A stretch of 63,867 nt of DNA, filler included, from Octopus bimaculoides (lineage: Eukaryota), in the NCBI RefSeq assembly GCF_001194135.2. It is 5 parts of 4 records of this genome, joined end to end, with 100 filler letters (N's around TTAATTAATTAA, not from the genome) between each part and the next. Parts side by side here need not be neighbours in the genome. Positions count along the whole stretch, not along the records: positions 1 to 22,038 come from NC_068983.1; 4 more parts are not named here. One strand, given 5' to 3'. Each line of letters begins with the position of its first letter. The stretch's first letter is position 1. The notes below the pieces were generated by a model. That model was not told the DNA's origin, did not search any database, and was given only the letters and a program-made list of their open reading frames with translations. Shown in pieces: positions 1-13,137 of the stretch. The translations under genes and the position numbers were made by a program.

Positions 1-59
1 CCCTATGATTTATTAATAATGATAATATATATATATATATATATATATACATTTCTATA

Positions 60-222
60 TTTAAGAGATGAGGAATTATGTACGTTATTTATATTCGATG
101 GGTATTTGTCCTCATCTTGTTTGTTGTTAACACAACGTTTCGGCTGATATACCCTCCAGCCTTCTTCAGGTGTCTTGGGGTAATTTCGAACCTGGATTCT
201 CATTCGTAAGTTATTTTTCGAC
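60..222 (-). mobile_element. Penelope-like element terminal (pLTR-type) repeat, copy 1
   Basis: Matches the reverse complement of 22545-22715 and of 512-628. Carries the CTGAAGA..CCGAAACGTT hammerhead signature typical of PLE pLTRs. Confidence 0.7.
129..174 (-). ncRNA. Minimal type I hammerhead ribozyme motif (PLE-type)
   Basis: Minus strand reads GACAC-CUGAAGA-A-GGCUG(loop)CAGCC-GAAA-CGUU-GUGUU. Stem I is GACAC/GUGUU, stem II is GGCUG/CAGCC, the core is intact, and palindromic AACGUU replaces helix III. Confidence 0.65.
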
Positions 223-415
<193 letters not shown>

Positions 416-469
416 TGAGGGCACTGCTTGGAATCGTACTCGGAATCTTGGTGTTAGTAGCTGGCGGTC

Positions 470-515
470 TTAAACACTACGCCATATGCCTACGGGCATA
501 TGGCGTAGTGGTTAA
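470..515. repeat. Perfect 16-bp hairpin with 4-nt loop
   Basis: CACTACGCCATATGCC (475-490), loop TACG, GGCATATGGCGTAGTG (495-510). The right arm contains an A-box-like TGGCGTAGTGG. Confidence 0.9.
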
Positions 516-628
516 AATTCCCATGACACCTGAAGAAGGTTGGGAGGTATATCAGCCGAGACGTTGTGTTAACAACAAACATGAGGACAAATATCCGTCG
601 AATGTAAATAATGTAAATAATGTAAATA
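512..628 (+). mobile_element. PLE terminal repeat, copy 2 (inverted relative to copy 1), hammerhead core mutated
   Basis: Reverse complement of about 80-186. The hammerhead motif at 525-570 has GAGA (558-561) instead of GAAA. Confidence 0.7.
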
Positions 629-2223
629 TATACCTTTTTGTGCCTTTGTGTGTGTGTGTGTGTGTGTATGTGTGTGTGTGGGTATGTGTGTGTGTGTGTG
701 TGTGCGTGCGTGTGCGTACATGCAAATGTTTGCCTGAACAAAAGCGCAGATTTTCAAAACTTCACTTCGCTTTTCGACGATTTTTAACAGATAACTTCTT
801 ATGTATAGAAGCAAAAACGTTTGAATAACGACGAATGGAATCGTCACGATCATGCAAGACCGTCGTTTTTTTTTTTCACATATTTGGAAGCAGAGTGGTG
901 GAAAACAGACTGGCGACTGTATTACATGTAAATTTTATATTCCATTGGTCATTTCTCATTACCTTGTGAAAAAATACTTTAAGTGTTAAAGCAGGTGGGA
1001 CATTAATGTCACTCAGGCATCAAGTCATGTTTAACCTGCCAGAATTATCTGTGACTAAGTAAATATGTGAAGTGCTTTCTGTATTGCATAAAGTTTTAAC
1101 ATTCGTTGGTCTGTTATAGTCGAGCCTCAACTCAGTATTGGAATCTAGCTCTCCATCCTTTGAAACAGTTTATCAAAACACAAAACTACCACTACATCAG
1201 GTTTAGACAAGTTTATTTGGTTCTGTATATGTCACTCTTAGAAAAGATGTAGGCATCACATTAGATGCTTTTATAAGTCCAATACCGAAGTAGACAAGCA
1301 GAGGTTCATTATTTTCTGAATAACTTCTTCCAAGGGAGCCTAAAGGTTACATTCATGGCGGCATCACAAATTGCAAACTAGAATAGTACAAGTGTTGATT
1401 TATCTTTGAAACGATTCAGATTAAAGTTTACCTATTTCGTAATAGCATACAGAGATCTCAAGATTATGATCACTATCATGGAATGCATGTACAATCATAA
1501 TTGCAAAATATGGAGGATATATGTCGTGGAATCCTCTCGTAAGACTTCATAACCGTGTCTGCGGGTATCACAACTTTTCCAAAGTTCTCCACAGTACATT
1601 CGTTTATACGCACTAATATACATCTACATATATACATACATACATATATATATATNNNNNNNNNNNNNNNNNNNNNNNNNNNNNNNNNNNNNNNNNNNNN
1701 NNNNNNNNNNNNNNNNNNNNNNNNNNNNNNNNNNNNNNNNNNNNNNNNNNNNNNNNNNNNNNTATATATATGCACAAATGTGTGTGGGTGTATGCACGCT
1801 CGAGTCTGCACACACATATATATGCACATATCAATACAGAGTTTATGGTAACTATAATTAGATATTACTTCCAATATGGGAATGTAAATGGCAAGAGACA
1901 TTTATTTGAGTTGATCTTAATAATATCGGCATCCAGCAGTCACGATGTGCTATAAAATTTTACTTCATATAAAGATCTTAACAAAGTTGTTACGAAAGAT
2001 CAAAGAATCGTTAAATTATAGTTAATTTATAGTAGATGAATTACTATTGTACTGGAGTCAGTTATATGAATAAAACTCATAAATGAAACAATTTTTTTTA
2101 TTAATATTCAAGCTTAAAGTCATTTAGACTTGAATGTAGTCTTCAAATAGCAGCATTAGGAGAGTGTCAAAGAGCTGCATTTCTATGTGCGTCTAAGTGT
2201 GTACTGTTTAACCCGCATGACTG

Positions 2224-2435
2224 CGAAGGGGCGTTGAAAAGTTCATTGCTTTAAGGGTATCGCGAAAGGTCTGGTTGACGGCCCACACTTCTGAGTTCTT
2301 TTAGAAGTCTTAGAAAAACTGAAGGACCGTTGCAGTGTGTGAATCTTAGAGAGGAATATGTTGAATAAAATCATGATTAACTGATACCCCTGTATTTTCT
2401 TTTACCCAGAGTCCGGAACTTTCCAACACCTCGTA
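2224..2435 (+). mobile_element. Mariner-derived MITE (internally deleted)
   Basis: Imperfect TIRs CGAAGGGGCGTTGAAAAGTTC / GAACTTTCCAACACCTCG followed by TA. Retains the mariner-like C-terminal codons RGEYVE* (agaggaatatgttgaataa). Confidence 0.7.
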
Positions 2436-2575
2436 TACGTGGGAGAAAAGGTTATCATTAGAATCTTAACTTAGGAAAACAGAAACTCAATGGAATCATT
2501 TTAGAATGACCGTAACTGTAATGTCAATATGATACTATGTCACTCATTGTGCCACGCTAATATTTCTTGATGCCC

Positions 2576-2770
2576 AAGGCAGCGAGCTGGCAGAAACGTT
2601 AGTATGCCGAGCGAAATGTTTAGCGGTATTTCGTCTGTCTTTATGTTCTGAGTTCAAATTCCGCCGAGGTCGACTTTGCGTTTCATCCTTTCGGAGACGA
2701 TAAATTAAGTACCAGCTGCGTTCTAGGGATAATCTAATCAGACCTTGTGCCTAGAGTAGAAAAGAATATT
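2576..2770 (+). mobile_element. tRNA-derived SINE, family A
   Basis: GAGTTCAAATTCC B-box-like motif and conserved core GGTCGACTTTGC.TTTCATCCTTTCGG..CGATAAATTAAGTACC, shared with copies at 8675, 32615, 37040 and 58445. Confidence 0.85.
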
Positions 2771-3383
2771 TCCTGATGCCATTAATACAGATAGAGACGT
2801 TCTAAAAATTTCACAATCACTTACACACAAAACCAACGAACAGGTAGTTCTATAGATGAAGAGACAAAATCTCATCTCATTTAACTTTCAGTGTAACTAG
2901 TTCATCAAGCATGTAGATTTAGTAACATTCTAGTTTATATTGACACTCAGAACAATATTTGATTTCTTTCAATTTACCTTTTTGTTTTTAATTCATTCAT
3001 ATGTTTAAGCATTTTTAAAATCTTATTATCCTTTTTCCTCTATTCTATATCTGTGATATATCTTTTATTTATTTATTCTTTTTCCTTTTTTAATGTTTCT
3101 TCGCTTTTCAGGTACTTTTTCATCCCTTTTGAGTTTATTTAGCAGATAACTACCACTGATATATATTTGTATGTGTATAATATTTAATGCTCGTCGAGCT
3201 AATAATCTCTTGCTATCTTGAGTTTTGCATGGGGTGCACAAGACCATGTGTACTCACAATCGAAATTCGGCGTAGCCAGAGACTCTACTATAGTATTGAG
3301 CTCTTTATTGTTCAGACAGTCAACATTAAACACTGTAATGTTGTGATGTCTCACCGATGCCAAAACCTGAACGAAATTACGAA

Positions 3384-3414
3384 CAGCAGCAGCAGCAGCA
3401 GTAGCAGCAGCAGC

Positions 3415-3465
<51 letters not shown>

Positions 3466-3480
3466 TGCAGCAGCAGCAGT
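3384..3480. repeat. (CAG)n/(TAG)n microsatellite
   Basis: Direct inspection. Confidence 0.95.
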
Positions 3481-3764
3481 GGCAGTGTTGTTACTGGTGC
3501 TGGTGGTGATGGTGCTGGTGCTGATAGTGTATACGAGTTATGATTCAGAAACTATGCTTGGGCATGAAGACATAATTGCAGAGTTTGAGAAGTAAGAGAA
3601 AAACCTATGAATGAAGTAGATCGACAGTTCTTCCAATAAATAAATCACTAGATCCCAAAATAGACTCTACACTTCCTCTGGCATTTGAAATGTCATGCTC
3701 TACTTAGAATTCGATCAGTCTAAACATACATTCTAATTAAGAATGTATATTTGCTTCATAACAA

Positions 3765-3900
3765 CTTCTATCACAGGCACGAGGCCAAATGTTTAGGGAG
3801 GCGGAAACGGTCGATTTTTGAAACTTCGTACGTTATTTAGTACTTTGTTTCATCGCTGGCTGTGGGACTTGAACTTAAAGTATCAAGTGCCACTCAACAC
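3765..3900 (-). mobile_element. Degenerate 3' part of SINE family A
   Basis: CACAGGCACGAGGCC..AATGTTTAGGGAGG..GTCGAT resembles 37065-37110. Confidence 0.5.
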
Positions 3901-5185
3901 CTTAAAGATTCTGTCAAATCACAAACCTATATAGTGTTTCACAATACAAGTGTATAAGACGGTTATAAATTACATGTATGAATAGTTGGAATAGTCTGAT
4001 TGCTGACTGACATAATCTTCGTGATGTTTACCAGTCCTCTCGTATCGCATGGAGGTCGAATTTGCTTTTCATTTCTACGCGAACAATCATATAAGTCATG
4101 TCGATAATATATCTTTAATCTGACCCCATACAGTTTTGTATCTTCATGTATATGAAATATTTCAGTTTATTTATTTTTTATCAAAGTGCTTTTAATTTGT
4201 TCTGGTAAATGATCTTTTAGCATTATCTTATTTCTATTCATATTTCCTTTTAAATGATTCTATAAAACACTCTGTTCGTTTGAAAAAGTGTTATCGTCTC
4301 GAAACCAATATTCCAAGATGGCATTTCATACATTTTTAGGGAGGATACCAAATCACTTGGAACAGTCTAACTGTTTGGTGAATTTGTTGTTTTGAAGAAA
4401 AGAATAACTCAGTAGTATACAATATAAAGAAGAACCAGTACTAGGAGTTGAGATTCAGGCAAACCTGACTTACAAGACTTCTGGTGAAAAGGATTAACAA
4501 CATAGGTCATGTTTCTGTATATGCTGATTTCAAATCTTTGCAAAGTAAATTTTGAGTTTCATTTTTTCCAAGATCGTTAAAATAATATACCGATCAACTG
4601 TTGAGGTCACTATAATCGACATTTACCTTTACTCACCAAATATTTGTCAATATTCTGTACTTTGGACCAAATATTCTAACCTATTGTATAACAATAGGTA
4701 TTAGTTTCAGAAAGATTTAGCCGATATCTTTGGCATTCTGAGCGACTACACAGGGTTTTCTAAATGTATATCTAATGAGACAATGTGTAGCCAACTTAAA
4801 CCAGGTCACTGAATCTGATGTGAGTAAAATATCTCCACAATTGCCCGTCAGTTCCATTAAATTTTACTCCTGACACATTCGTTTCCTACAGCAATTCGAT
4901 CAAATTATATTCTTTTTATTAAATCTCAAATCTTGAACTGCAACAGGGAAAATGTTAATTCGTCTTCTTCTATTGTATCATACTTTCTTTTTTTCACCCA
5001 GAATTACATTCGTGACAGTGTAATCTATTTTTATTGTATTTATGGTAAATGTACCAACTAGAGAAGATTCTCTTCTATTGCACTGTAATATAATATGTCA
5101 CTTCAGTGACACAGACTTCGGGGAAAAGGACCGAATATATATACACACACATATATGTATACATATATATGTATGTATATATCTA

Positions 5186-5257
<72 letters not shown>

Positions 5258-5806
5258 TATATGTATGTATATGTAAGATTAGCGCTGAAGTATTATCCTT
5301 TTCTAAACCTGTCTGAAACATTGCTGCATTTTGATCGAAATCAAGAATTTTCTTCCAATAGCATTCTGTATGCACACGGACAGCTTCTCAGCACATTTCC
5401 GTTGACGTCAACGTCTTGAAAAGGGAATTATAGAAGTTCAATACTAACGACTTCAGTTGTTGATGTGGTTATGTTATCGCTGTTGTTGTTCTTCAGCACT
5501 GCGTTATCCTTGATCGAGGAAATCAACGGATTTGCAGATCGGGCTAATATGATTAAAGACGTCCCAAACTTGACTATCTCGTTTATGATGGAAGATTGAA
5601 ATATTCTACTCTATAATAAGACAGAAGTTTATGACTGTGCTTTGGTTGCTATTATTTCTAGCGCACCACTCAGAGGCTTCATTGATTCCTAAGTTTCTTC
5701 TAAAGGCTTTATTAAAGTGTCTCAACTTGATCTACTTCTCGTAAATAGAAAACCGGAGAAATGTATCATTCAGAATTCAACATGAGCAATCATGTGACTT
5801 ATTTTG

Positions 5807-5809
<3 letters not shown>

Positions 5810-5868
<59 letters not shown>

Positions 5869-5980
5869 NNNNNNNNNNNNNNNNNNNNNNNNNNNNNNNN
5901 NNNNNNNNNNNNNNNNNNNNNNNNNNNNNNNNGTAGTAGTAGTGGTGGTGGTGGTGGTGGTGGTGGTGGTGGTGGTGGTA
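5810..5980. repeat. (TAG)n/(TGG)n microsatellite with gap
   Basis: Direct inspection. Confidence 0.95.
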
Positions 5981-7176
5981 GTATAGGCTGTTACAGCTTT
6001 TCGCTGTATCTAACATTTGTTGGTGATACCCTGCTCCTGGCAGATGACACCTCTGTACCATTCAGGCACAAACATTCCAACCCATGTATCCGTTTGGGTA
6101 TTCATTGTTGGTGAGGCTGTTGCCACGTCAGAGTGCAAATCCTACCTCAACCTCTTTTAGTCGCCTCTCACAACACTCAGAGGAAGCGTTTGACAAGCCG
6201 GCCCCACAGAGCACTTATCACCGATTAATATAGTTTGGAAATGCCAGATCAAGAAAAACAACATAATCGAAATGACCAGATAAATTGACGGAGTAATTTA
6301 CCATCTGAAATGTTAAGATCTGGACTTTCATTTATATGATAACACAATGATTCATACTTCCTATTTTGAAAAAGGAAATAATTAATTAAGATCTATATGC
6401 TCCAAGAAATGGTTTACCTTAAAACAGCTGAATAAATCAAAGTTGCAGAGTATGTTTTGTTTCGTAATATTTTCCTATATCTTCCCAACTTTGTGACAGC
6501 AAACCCACATAAAATATAAAATAGTCAAGGCTAGAATATTTTTCAGTCGAGTAGGTGATCCTTCATTCGACGTCGATGGGCAGAAAATATGTTCAGCACA
6601 AGAGAAATTATACAATAAAAACAAAAATAAAAAAAAATACACGATAGTTATTGCAAGATGTGAAGAACATAAAAGAAAACAAAATTTCTCACGAAATGAA
6701 CCATGTTCTGCACTTGTTATAAGAGAGAGTGTGAAATTGCCTCTGGATAACTTTAGCGTCTGGACTAGCTCTGACGTCAGCAGGTGCGAAACTTCACTAA
6801 ATAACTAAATTTCGTTTTCCAAAGTAAGTCCTGTTAGCTGGAACTTTTCATTCCTTTCTTTCCTATGTCTACTGGAACTATACTGATGTTAACCGTTCTG
6901 TTTATTTGAACTGACACTTAACACCATTTCCCTTCACACACATATTCACTCACACTACACAAACACACAGACACGTGCTCACACATACATGTACATATAT
7001 ATATATGTATACACATCCATCTTTAGCATATGTGTCTTTCATGTTCATCTATTTGATTGTAGAATTTCTGTTTCAAACTCTTGAATATATAACTATAACT
7101 ATTTACCTATCCTTTCATGTCTATAATTGTTTAACTCACTATTGTATGAGCGTCGTATATCTACATATACATGTAC

Positions 7177-7221
<45 letters not shown>

Positions 7222-8674
7222 NNNNNNNNNNNNNNNNNNNNNNNNNNNNNNNNNNNNNNNNNNNNNNNNNNNNNNNNNNNNNNNNNNNNNNNNNNNNNNN
7301 NNNNNNNNNNNNNNNNNNNNNNNNNNNNNNNNNNNNNNNNNNNNNNNNNNNNNNNNNNNNNNNNNNNNNNNNNNNNNNNNNNNNNNNNNNNNNNNNNNNN
7401 NNNNNNNNNNNNNNNNNNNNNNNNNNNNNNNNNNNNNNNNNNNNNNNNNNNNNNNNNNNNNNNNNNNNNNNNNNNNNNNNNNNNNNNNNNNNNNNNNNNN
7501 NNNNNNNNNNNNNNNNNNNNNNNNNNNNNNNNNNNNNNNNNNNNNNNNNNNNNNNNNNNNNNNNNNNNNNNNNNNNNNNNNNNNNNNNNNNNNNNNNNNN
7601 NNNNNNNNNNNNNNNNNNNNNNNNNNNNNNNNNNNNNNNNNNNNNNNNNNNNNNNNNNNNNNNNNNNNNNNNNNNNNNNNNNNNNNNNNNNNNNNNNNNN
7701 NNNNNNNNNNNNNNNNNNNNNNNNNNNNNNNNNNNNNNNNNNNNNNNNNNNNNNNNNNNNNNNNNNNNNNNNNNNNNNNNNNNNNNNNNNNNNNNNNNNN
7801 NNNNNNNNNNNNNNNNNNNNNNNNNNNNNNNNNNNNNNNNNNNNNNNNNNNNNNNNNNNNNNNNNNNNNNNNNNNNNNNNNNNNNNNNNNNNGAGGGGTA
7901 GCAGTAATTTCAAATTTAGAGGAAGGTAGATTAAGTAGTGATGGACAGCAGGTTAGGGGTGAATCAAGCATGAGGGAAAAAAAGGAAAGAAAATGGAAGG
8001 ACAATACCATAAGGAGTGGTTAGAGAAAATTTAAGGCAAGGGAATTAAGGTCAAGGTATTAAAGAAATATATCTATTCTACAGTATATTTAGAATAGTAC
8101 AACGAAACACTAAAGTGCTAAGGTTAAAACCTTAGGGAACATTAATAATTAAATTAGAACAAGATACCCCTCCAATTAGATTATATAGAAATTAAATTCT
8201 TGTTTGATTCACTAGACAGGAGTAGGTATACCCCTGTATTTTATGCCATTTTTCACTTATATCCCTTCCGACAGAGCAACATCTGATTCGAAGTCTCCGT
8301 ATCTGTTGGAGAAACATATCAAAAAACTTTGGTAAGCAACTATCATTTCCAAACTTCTAATTCTGTGGGTTTTCTATTCAGTGGACCAAAGTGTTCCATG
8401 AGATCAAAAACAATTTGATAATGTGTCTTTCCTATAAGCGCGTCAAAGCTACTAGATTCGAACCTATATTGAGGCTCTAGAAAAAATAGGAAACGTATGT
8501 GTTCAATAATTGTATGGCAAACATTTTACTATCAGTTACACGTATGTAATTACCACGAAATTTAGCCTGTTTCACTTCATGCTTTTTATCGTGTAAAACG
8601 AAATTGATATTGCATTTCTCTAAACTTATGCGGTACAAGAAAGATATGATCCATTCCACACTTTGACAATTAGG

Positions 8675-8910
8675 ATACTCATACTGGTTTCAAATTGTGG
8701 CACAAGGCCAACAACTTCGTGGGAAAGGCTAGTCAATTACATCGACCCGACCCAGTGCCCAACTAGTACTAATTTTATCGACCTCGAGATGATGAAAGTC
8801 AAAGTCAACCTAGGCGTAATTCGAGCTCAGAAGGTGAGGACGAACGAAATGCCGCTTAGCATTTTTCCCAATGTGCTAACGATTCTGCCAGCCCATCGTC
8901 TTAAGTAGGA
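8675..8910 (-). mobile_element. SINE family A
   Basis: Reverse-complement core ATCGACC.CGA.ATGATGAAAG.CAAAGTCAACCT.GGCG.AATT.GA.CTCAG. Confidence 0.85.
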
Positions 8911-10294
8911 TGCTTAGTAAACTCGTACGATCAGTTCCTGGAGGTGGTCTTTAATTTATTTGATGGTACTTTTTCACCTTCCATGGTATCGTCCTGTGGT
9001 ATATCTTCTTGCCGTTTTGATTTAGTGTGGATAAATTGCGAAAGGGAAAAATCCATGTGATATATTTTGACTATTGCTTCAGAATACTTTCATTATCATT
9101 TATTAAAATTGGTTGTTCTTTCAAAAACACAAAATCAATAGTGGATTACCGAGGACTAAATATTTTGTTTAATAAGCAGCACAGTTTTTCAGAGTCTAAT
9201 TTTCTCAAAGACTAGTTGGAAATGTGTGGATATTTTCAATCACTAGGCATTTTTCATTGTCCATTCTTCTTAATACAAAAGTCATTCATGGCGCTTTTAT
9301 AATTACAAAGCCTTCAAGATGTTCCCTTGTCCGCAGGTTAATACTGGATAATTTCTCATATGATTTATGGTTTGTGTCTAGAAGCTCAGATACTACTGAC
9401 TTATTTTCATGAGATTAATCATAGTCTGTGTGCACAGAAGATCGAAATATTGGCAGCTGTGGCATATGTTGTTTTAAATCTGACCATGAAATATTAAGCG
9501 TTGATTTTGTAAGGATTTACGAAAAGATGCATATAATGTCGAATATACATATTTGTCAACATTCAGCCGTTTCAGAATTTTCATCTCATTTGTTGAAAAC
9601 GTTTCCTAACAACCAACTTTGAATAATTTAATGGAACCTGGTGGTGATTCATCCAAATACAGACCTAAATGAGATTTTAATGGTAAATAATTAATTAATA
9701 TCAAGTTTATCTATCATAACAAAATCAGTAAAATGTCATTTGTCGACCATGGGTAAGTACAAGTAAATCTCTGTTTTCTGCTGGAGCCGTGTATCACAAA
9801 GCCAATTTCGAAAAATAGCTACAGACTGGAAAGACCATTACTATTCATTTCATCTATACCGACGCGTTCCAAGCTATTTCACGTATTCCAGTCACAACTT
9901 ATTCTGGCATTAAAGTCGCCATAGAGGATAATTTGTTTGTCAGTTGGTATAGAAAGAATGGTGTAGCTAATAATCACGCGGAGAAGAAATAGAGTTTTAT
10001 TTTTTTAAATGTTGTTGAATAGACATAGAAAGTCACATGAAGACCATAAGATATCGCAAAAAAGATTTTAATGATCCAGTGGATGAGATTGTAAAAGCAA
10101 TCTTCCTCACATTTTTTTATGTTTCGGTTCACCGAACCAAAAGAAACTCGAGCCACAGCCCATTTCACGTAGTTTATATTCACTGAGAATCGTGCAACAA
10201 TATCGATCTTTAGCGCTTTCCCACTATTGTCTGTTGAAATGACGGCAGTACACACGCACGCACACACACACACACACACACGCACACACACACT

Positions 10295-10341
<47 letters not shown>

Positions 10342-10349
10342 TGGGGAGA

Positions 10350-10525
10350 GATCTTTCTATTATACTTGTTTCAATCATAGGACTTCGGCCATGTTGGGAC
10401 ACCGTCAAGAAGGCTTTAATCAAACAGAGTGAAGCCAGTACTTCTTTTTAAAATCTAGTACTTATCTAATCGGTGTTGCTAAGTTACGGAGACCCGAACA
10501 AACCAGCACCCGTTACCAAGCGAAT
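10350..10525 (-). mobile_element. 3' part of SINE family C
   Basis: TACTTGTTTCA.TCA..GGCCATG.TGG..CACC..CTAGTACTTAT..GCTAAGTTACGG, shared with 12738 and 49435. Confidence 0.7.
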
Positions 10526-11239
10526 ATGGCGCACAAACGTGAGCACAGAGATACATACATAGTTATATGCACACACAAACACATACTCACACACATATAC
10601 ACACACACATACTCGCACAAACACCCCACACACACATAGTTATATTTAAAAATAATGTTTTGAGAAGCGACTTTAAAGTGCAGTGTCCAAGACTTGTTTT
10701 TTGCTCGCTCTTATCAGTATGCCTGCAGAGCACGATCACCACTTACGGTTACCAGGCGTCATCTACAGTACATGAAAATGGTCGCAGGGTCTACGTAATG
10801 AATTCCTCGGTGCACGTTTAATATATTCTATCTTAAATGATTGATGCGGATGACAGAGTGTGTTGGAAGCTTTAGTAAGCGCAACGATCATTTCAGCTTA
10901 ATTTTGCGCTGCTCCCTACAGGGTAGGGAAATAATTGGAATCAAATGCACCCCATGGTGCAGATGAAATCTCCTCAGGTTCCATAAAGGGCTTCAATATT
11001 ATAAGGTGTACATTACGCCGTTGAGGAAATATACGTCATAGTGTGAGAGAAGAAGAGAAGGTATAGACGGAGAGAGGGAAAAGAGAAAACAAAGTTAAAA
11101 GAGAGAGAGGGAGGAACAGGCAAAAGTGAATAGATAATGGATGGGAAGAAAAGATGAAGGGAGAATAAGGTTTATGGGAAGTAAGAATAAAGAACAAAAA
11201 TAATTTGCAGAAATTATCATTAGGTAAGGGGTAGGTACT

Positions 11240-11830
11240 ATTTAAAAAAAGCGAAAGATTGTGTTTTCCAATGTGAACAACTGTAAACTTGCTTAATAAA
11301 ACTTTTCACCAGTTTATGTCTAGAAAAGAGGAGAGAAATTTGCTCGAAAGAGAGGACAGAAAGATTTCTCTTTGTCATAAGGGAATGATCTAGATAAAAT
11401 TTTCCAATCTGATGAAAAAGATTTAAGGTGCCAAATTAGCTTACTAAGACCTGTAGAATTACGCTTATGACTGTATTTAATGTAGTTCACCAACCAGGAT
11501 TTCAAATTCGTAGACGATAATCCAACATTAAACAAATTCCTTAGTTCCAGGGGTAATCTTGCATTGGAAAACATTTTTAATACTGCAGTTTCCATTGAGG
11601 ACGCAAGTTTTATTCGGACCACAGTTGCAAGGTCTAATATCATTCATCTTATTATTTAAGGAGAGACCATCGTTGATATTGTTAATATTACTAATGTTAT
11701 TACAGTTGTCAAGAGAGAGATTCTGTTACCTTTTAGAATATAACTGTTACGTGATGATATAATCTGCAAGAGATTACTGGTGTTAGAGAAATCAGTTCTG
11801 ATACGGTGTGTGTTGAAACTTGAGTGGTAG
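11240..11830 (-). mobile_element. Penelope-like (Naiad-type) GIY-YIG endonuclease fragment, pseudogenic
   Basis: Manual translation across frameshifts gives FNTHRIRTDFSNTSNLLQIISSRN..RPCNCGPNKTCVLNGNCSIKNVFQCKI..VGLSSTNLKS..STGLSKLIWHLK..DWKILSRSFPY..FCPL. This follows the CNC-CxxxGxC linker and LSKxIWxLK..WKIL..CxLC pattern of Naiad PLEs. Confidence 0.75.
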
Positions 11831-12060
11831 CTGGATTTTAATGGGCAAGTTCCTTTTGATGGCTTGAAATAAGTGAGGATGTTAATTTTTCATATGTTTC
11901 CTGATGAAATTGATACACTGCTGAACAATATTCATCCAGTCGGGTGTAATTTGAATGCATCCATCGAGATATATGTCGATGATATGAAGATATAAATGAT
12001 TTAATAACATCTTGAGAGTTTGTCTCCATTTTAAATGTTTCGTGTGTGTGTAGAAAAGTT

Positions 12061-12633
12061 TATTTGCCGACGTAAGGTGGATGTGTCCTACGCAGTGCTA
12101 TGTTACAATTTTTAACCCCAGGAAAACATTTTTTCCTGCTGGTTGTCGACACCCGATCTGTGCCTGAAATACACTGTGAGCAAGGGATTGTACTACTACC
12201 CTACAGTTATTGGCAGTACTCGATACTGGATAACTGCCGGCTAGAGGTGACAGTCGCTCGACTTTAGAATATATAAACAGAGAAGCGACAGACAGGTGCT
12301 GATCTCGTTAGGAGCAAAACAGATAGTTTTGAATTTTCTAAATGAGCTTCAAGTACCGAGATTTAAGTTATTTCCAGTGCCGAGAACAGCAAGTTTTATG
12401 ATCTCTAAATAAGATTTAAGTAACGAAATTTAAGTTAATTCCAATACCGAGAAGGAGAAATAGCCCAGAAAGCATGGCCTGCTGATACTGCTAATAGGTA
12501 GAGGGGAGTAGTACCCTCCCTTGTTCACAGTGTATTTCAAACACAGGTGGTGCGTCGATAACCAGCTGGAAAAGATGTTTTCCTTGGGTTAAATGGTAGT
12601 GTGCGTAGGACAACCACCTTACGTTGGCAAATA
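12061..12633. mobile_element. Long-TIR non-autonomous element (foldback/MITE)
   Basis: 12061-~12221 is an imperfect inverted repeat of ~12484-12633 (TATTTGCC.ACGTAAGGTGG..GTCCTACGCA..GGAAAACAT..GAAATACACTGTGA.CAAGGGA). No coding region. Confidence 0.8.
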
Positions 12634-12737
12634 GATGTTACTGCTCAGTGTAGTTAAGATTAAATCTCATTTAGATTTTAAAACTAGGTTTTACTCTTTA
12701 TATATATATAAATATATATAAGGAGCAAAACCTATAT

Positions 12738-13137
12738 ATGTTCTTTTATTATTTTAACTGTTTCAGTCATTTGATTGCGGCCATGCTGGAGCATCACCTC
12801 CAGTTGAACAAATCGACGCCAAGGCTTATTCTTTGTAAGCCTAGTACTTATTATATCGGTCAATTGTGCCGAACCGCTAAGTTACGGGGATCTAAACACA
12901 CCAATATCGGTTGTCAAGCGATAGTAGTGGGACAGACACAGGCACACAAATGTGTGACAGGCTTCTTTCAGTTTCCGTCTACCAAATCCACTCACAACGC
13001 TTTGGTCAGCCCGAGGCTATTATAGTGGAAGACATTTGCCCAAGGTCCCAGTGTCCCAAGGTGCCTCGCAGTAGGAGTGAACCAATCCACTCTGTAGACT
13101 GTGGTAGGGAACCCAGCTTCTTACCACACACCCACTC
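12738..13137 (-). mobile_element. tRNA-derived SINE family C (near full length)
   Basis: Minus head GGAGTGGGTGTGTGGTAAGAAG..GCACCTTGGGCAA.TGTCTTC..GCCTCGGGC.GACCAAAGC..GTGAGTGGATTTGGTAGACGGAAACTGAAAGAAGCC. The 3' tail is shared with 49435 and 63600. Confidence 0.85.

Noticed and set aside
900-1400. Possible degraded PLE RT on the minus strand (NVTFRL..NNEPLL)
   Set aside because: Many stops and only marginal motif similarity.
9380-9560. Possible RTE-type LINE C-terminal remnant (LNISWSDLKQHMP, minus strand)
   Set aside because: Single short motif, not supported by flanking frames.
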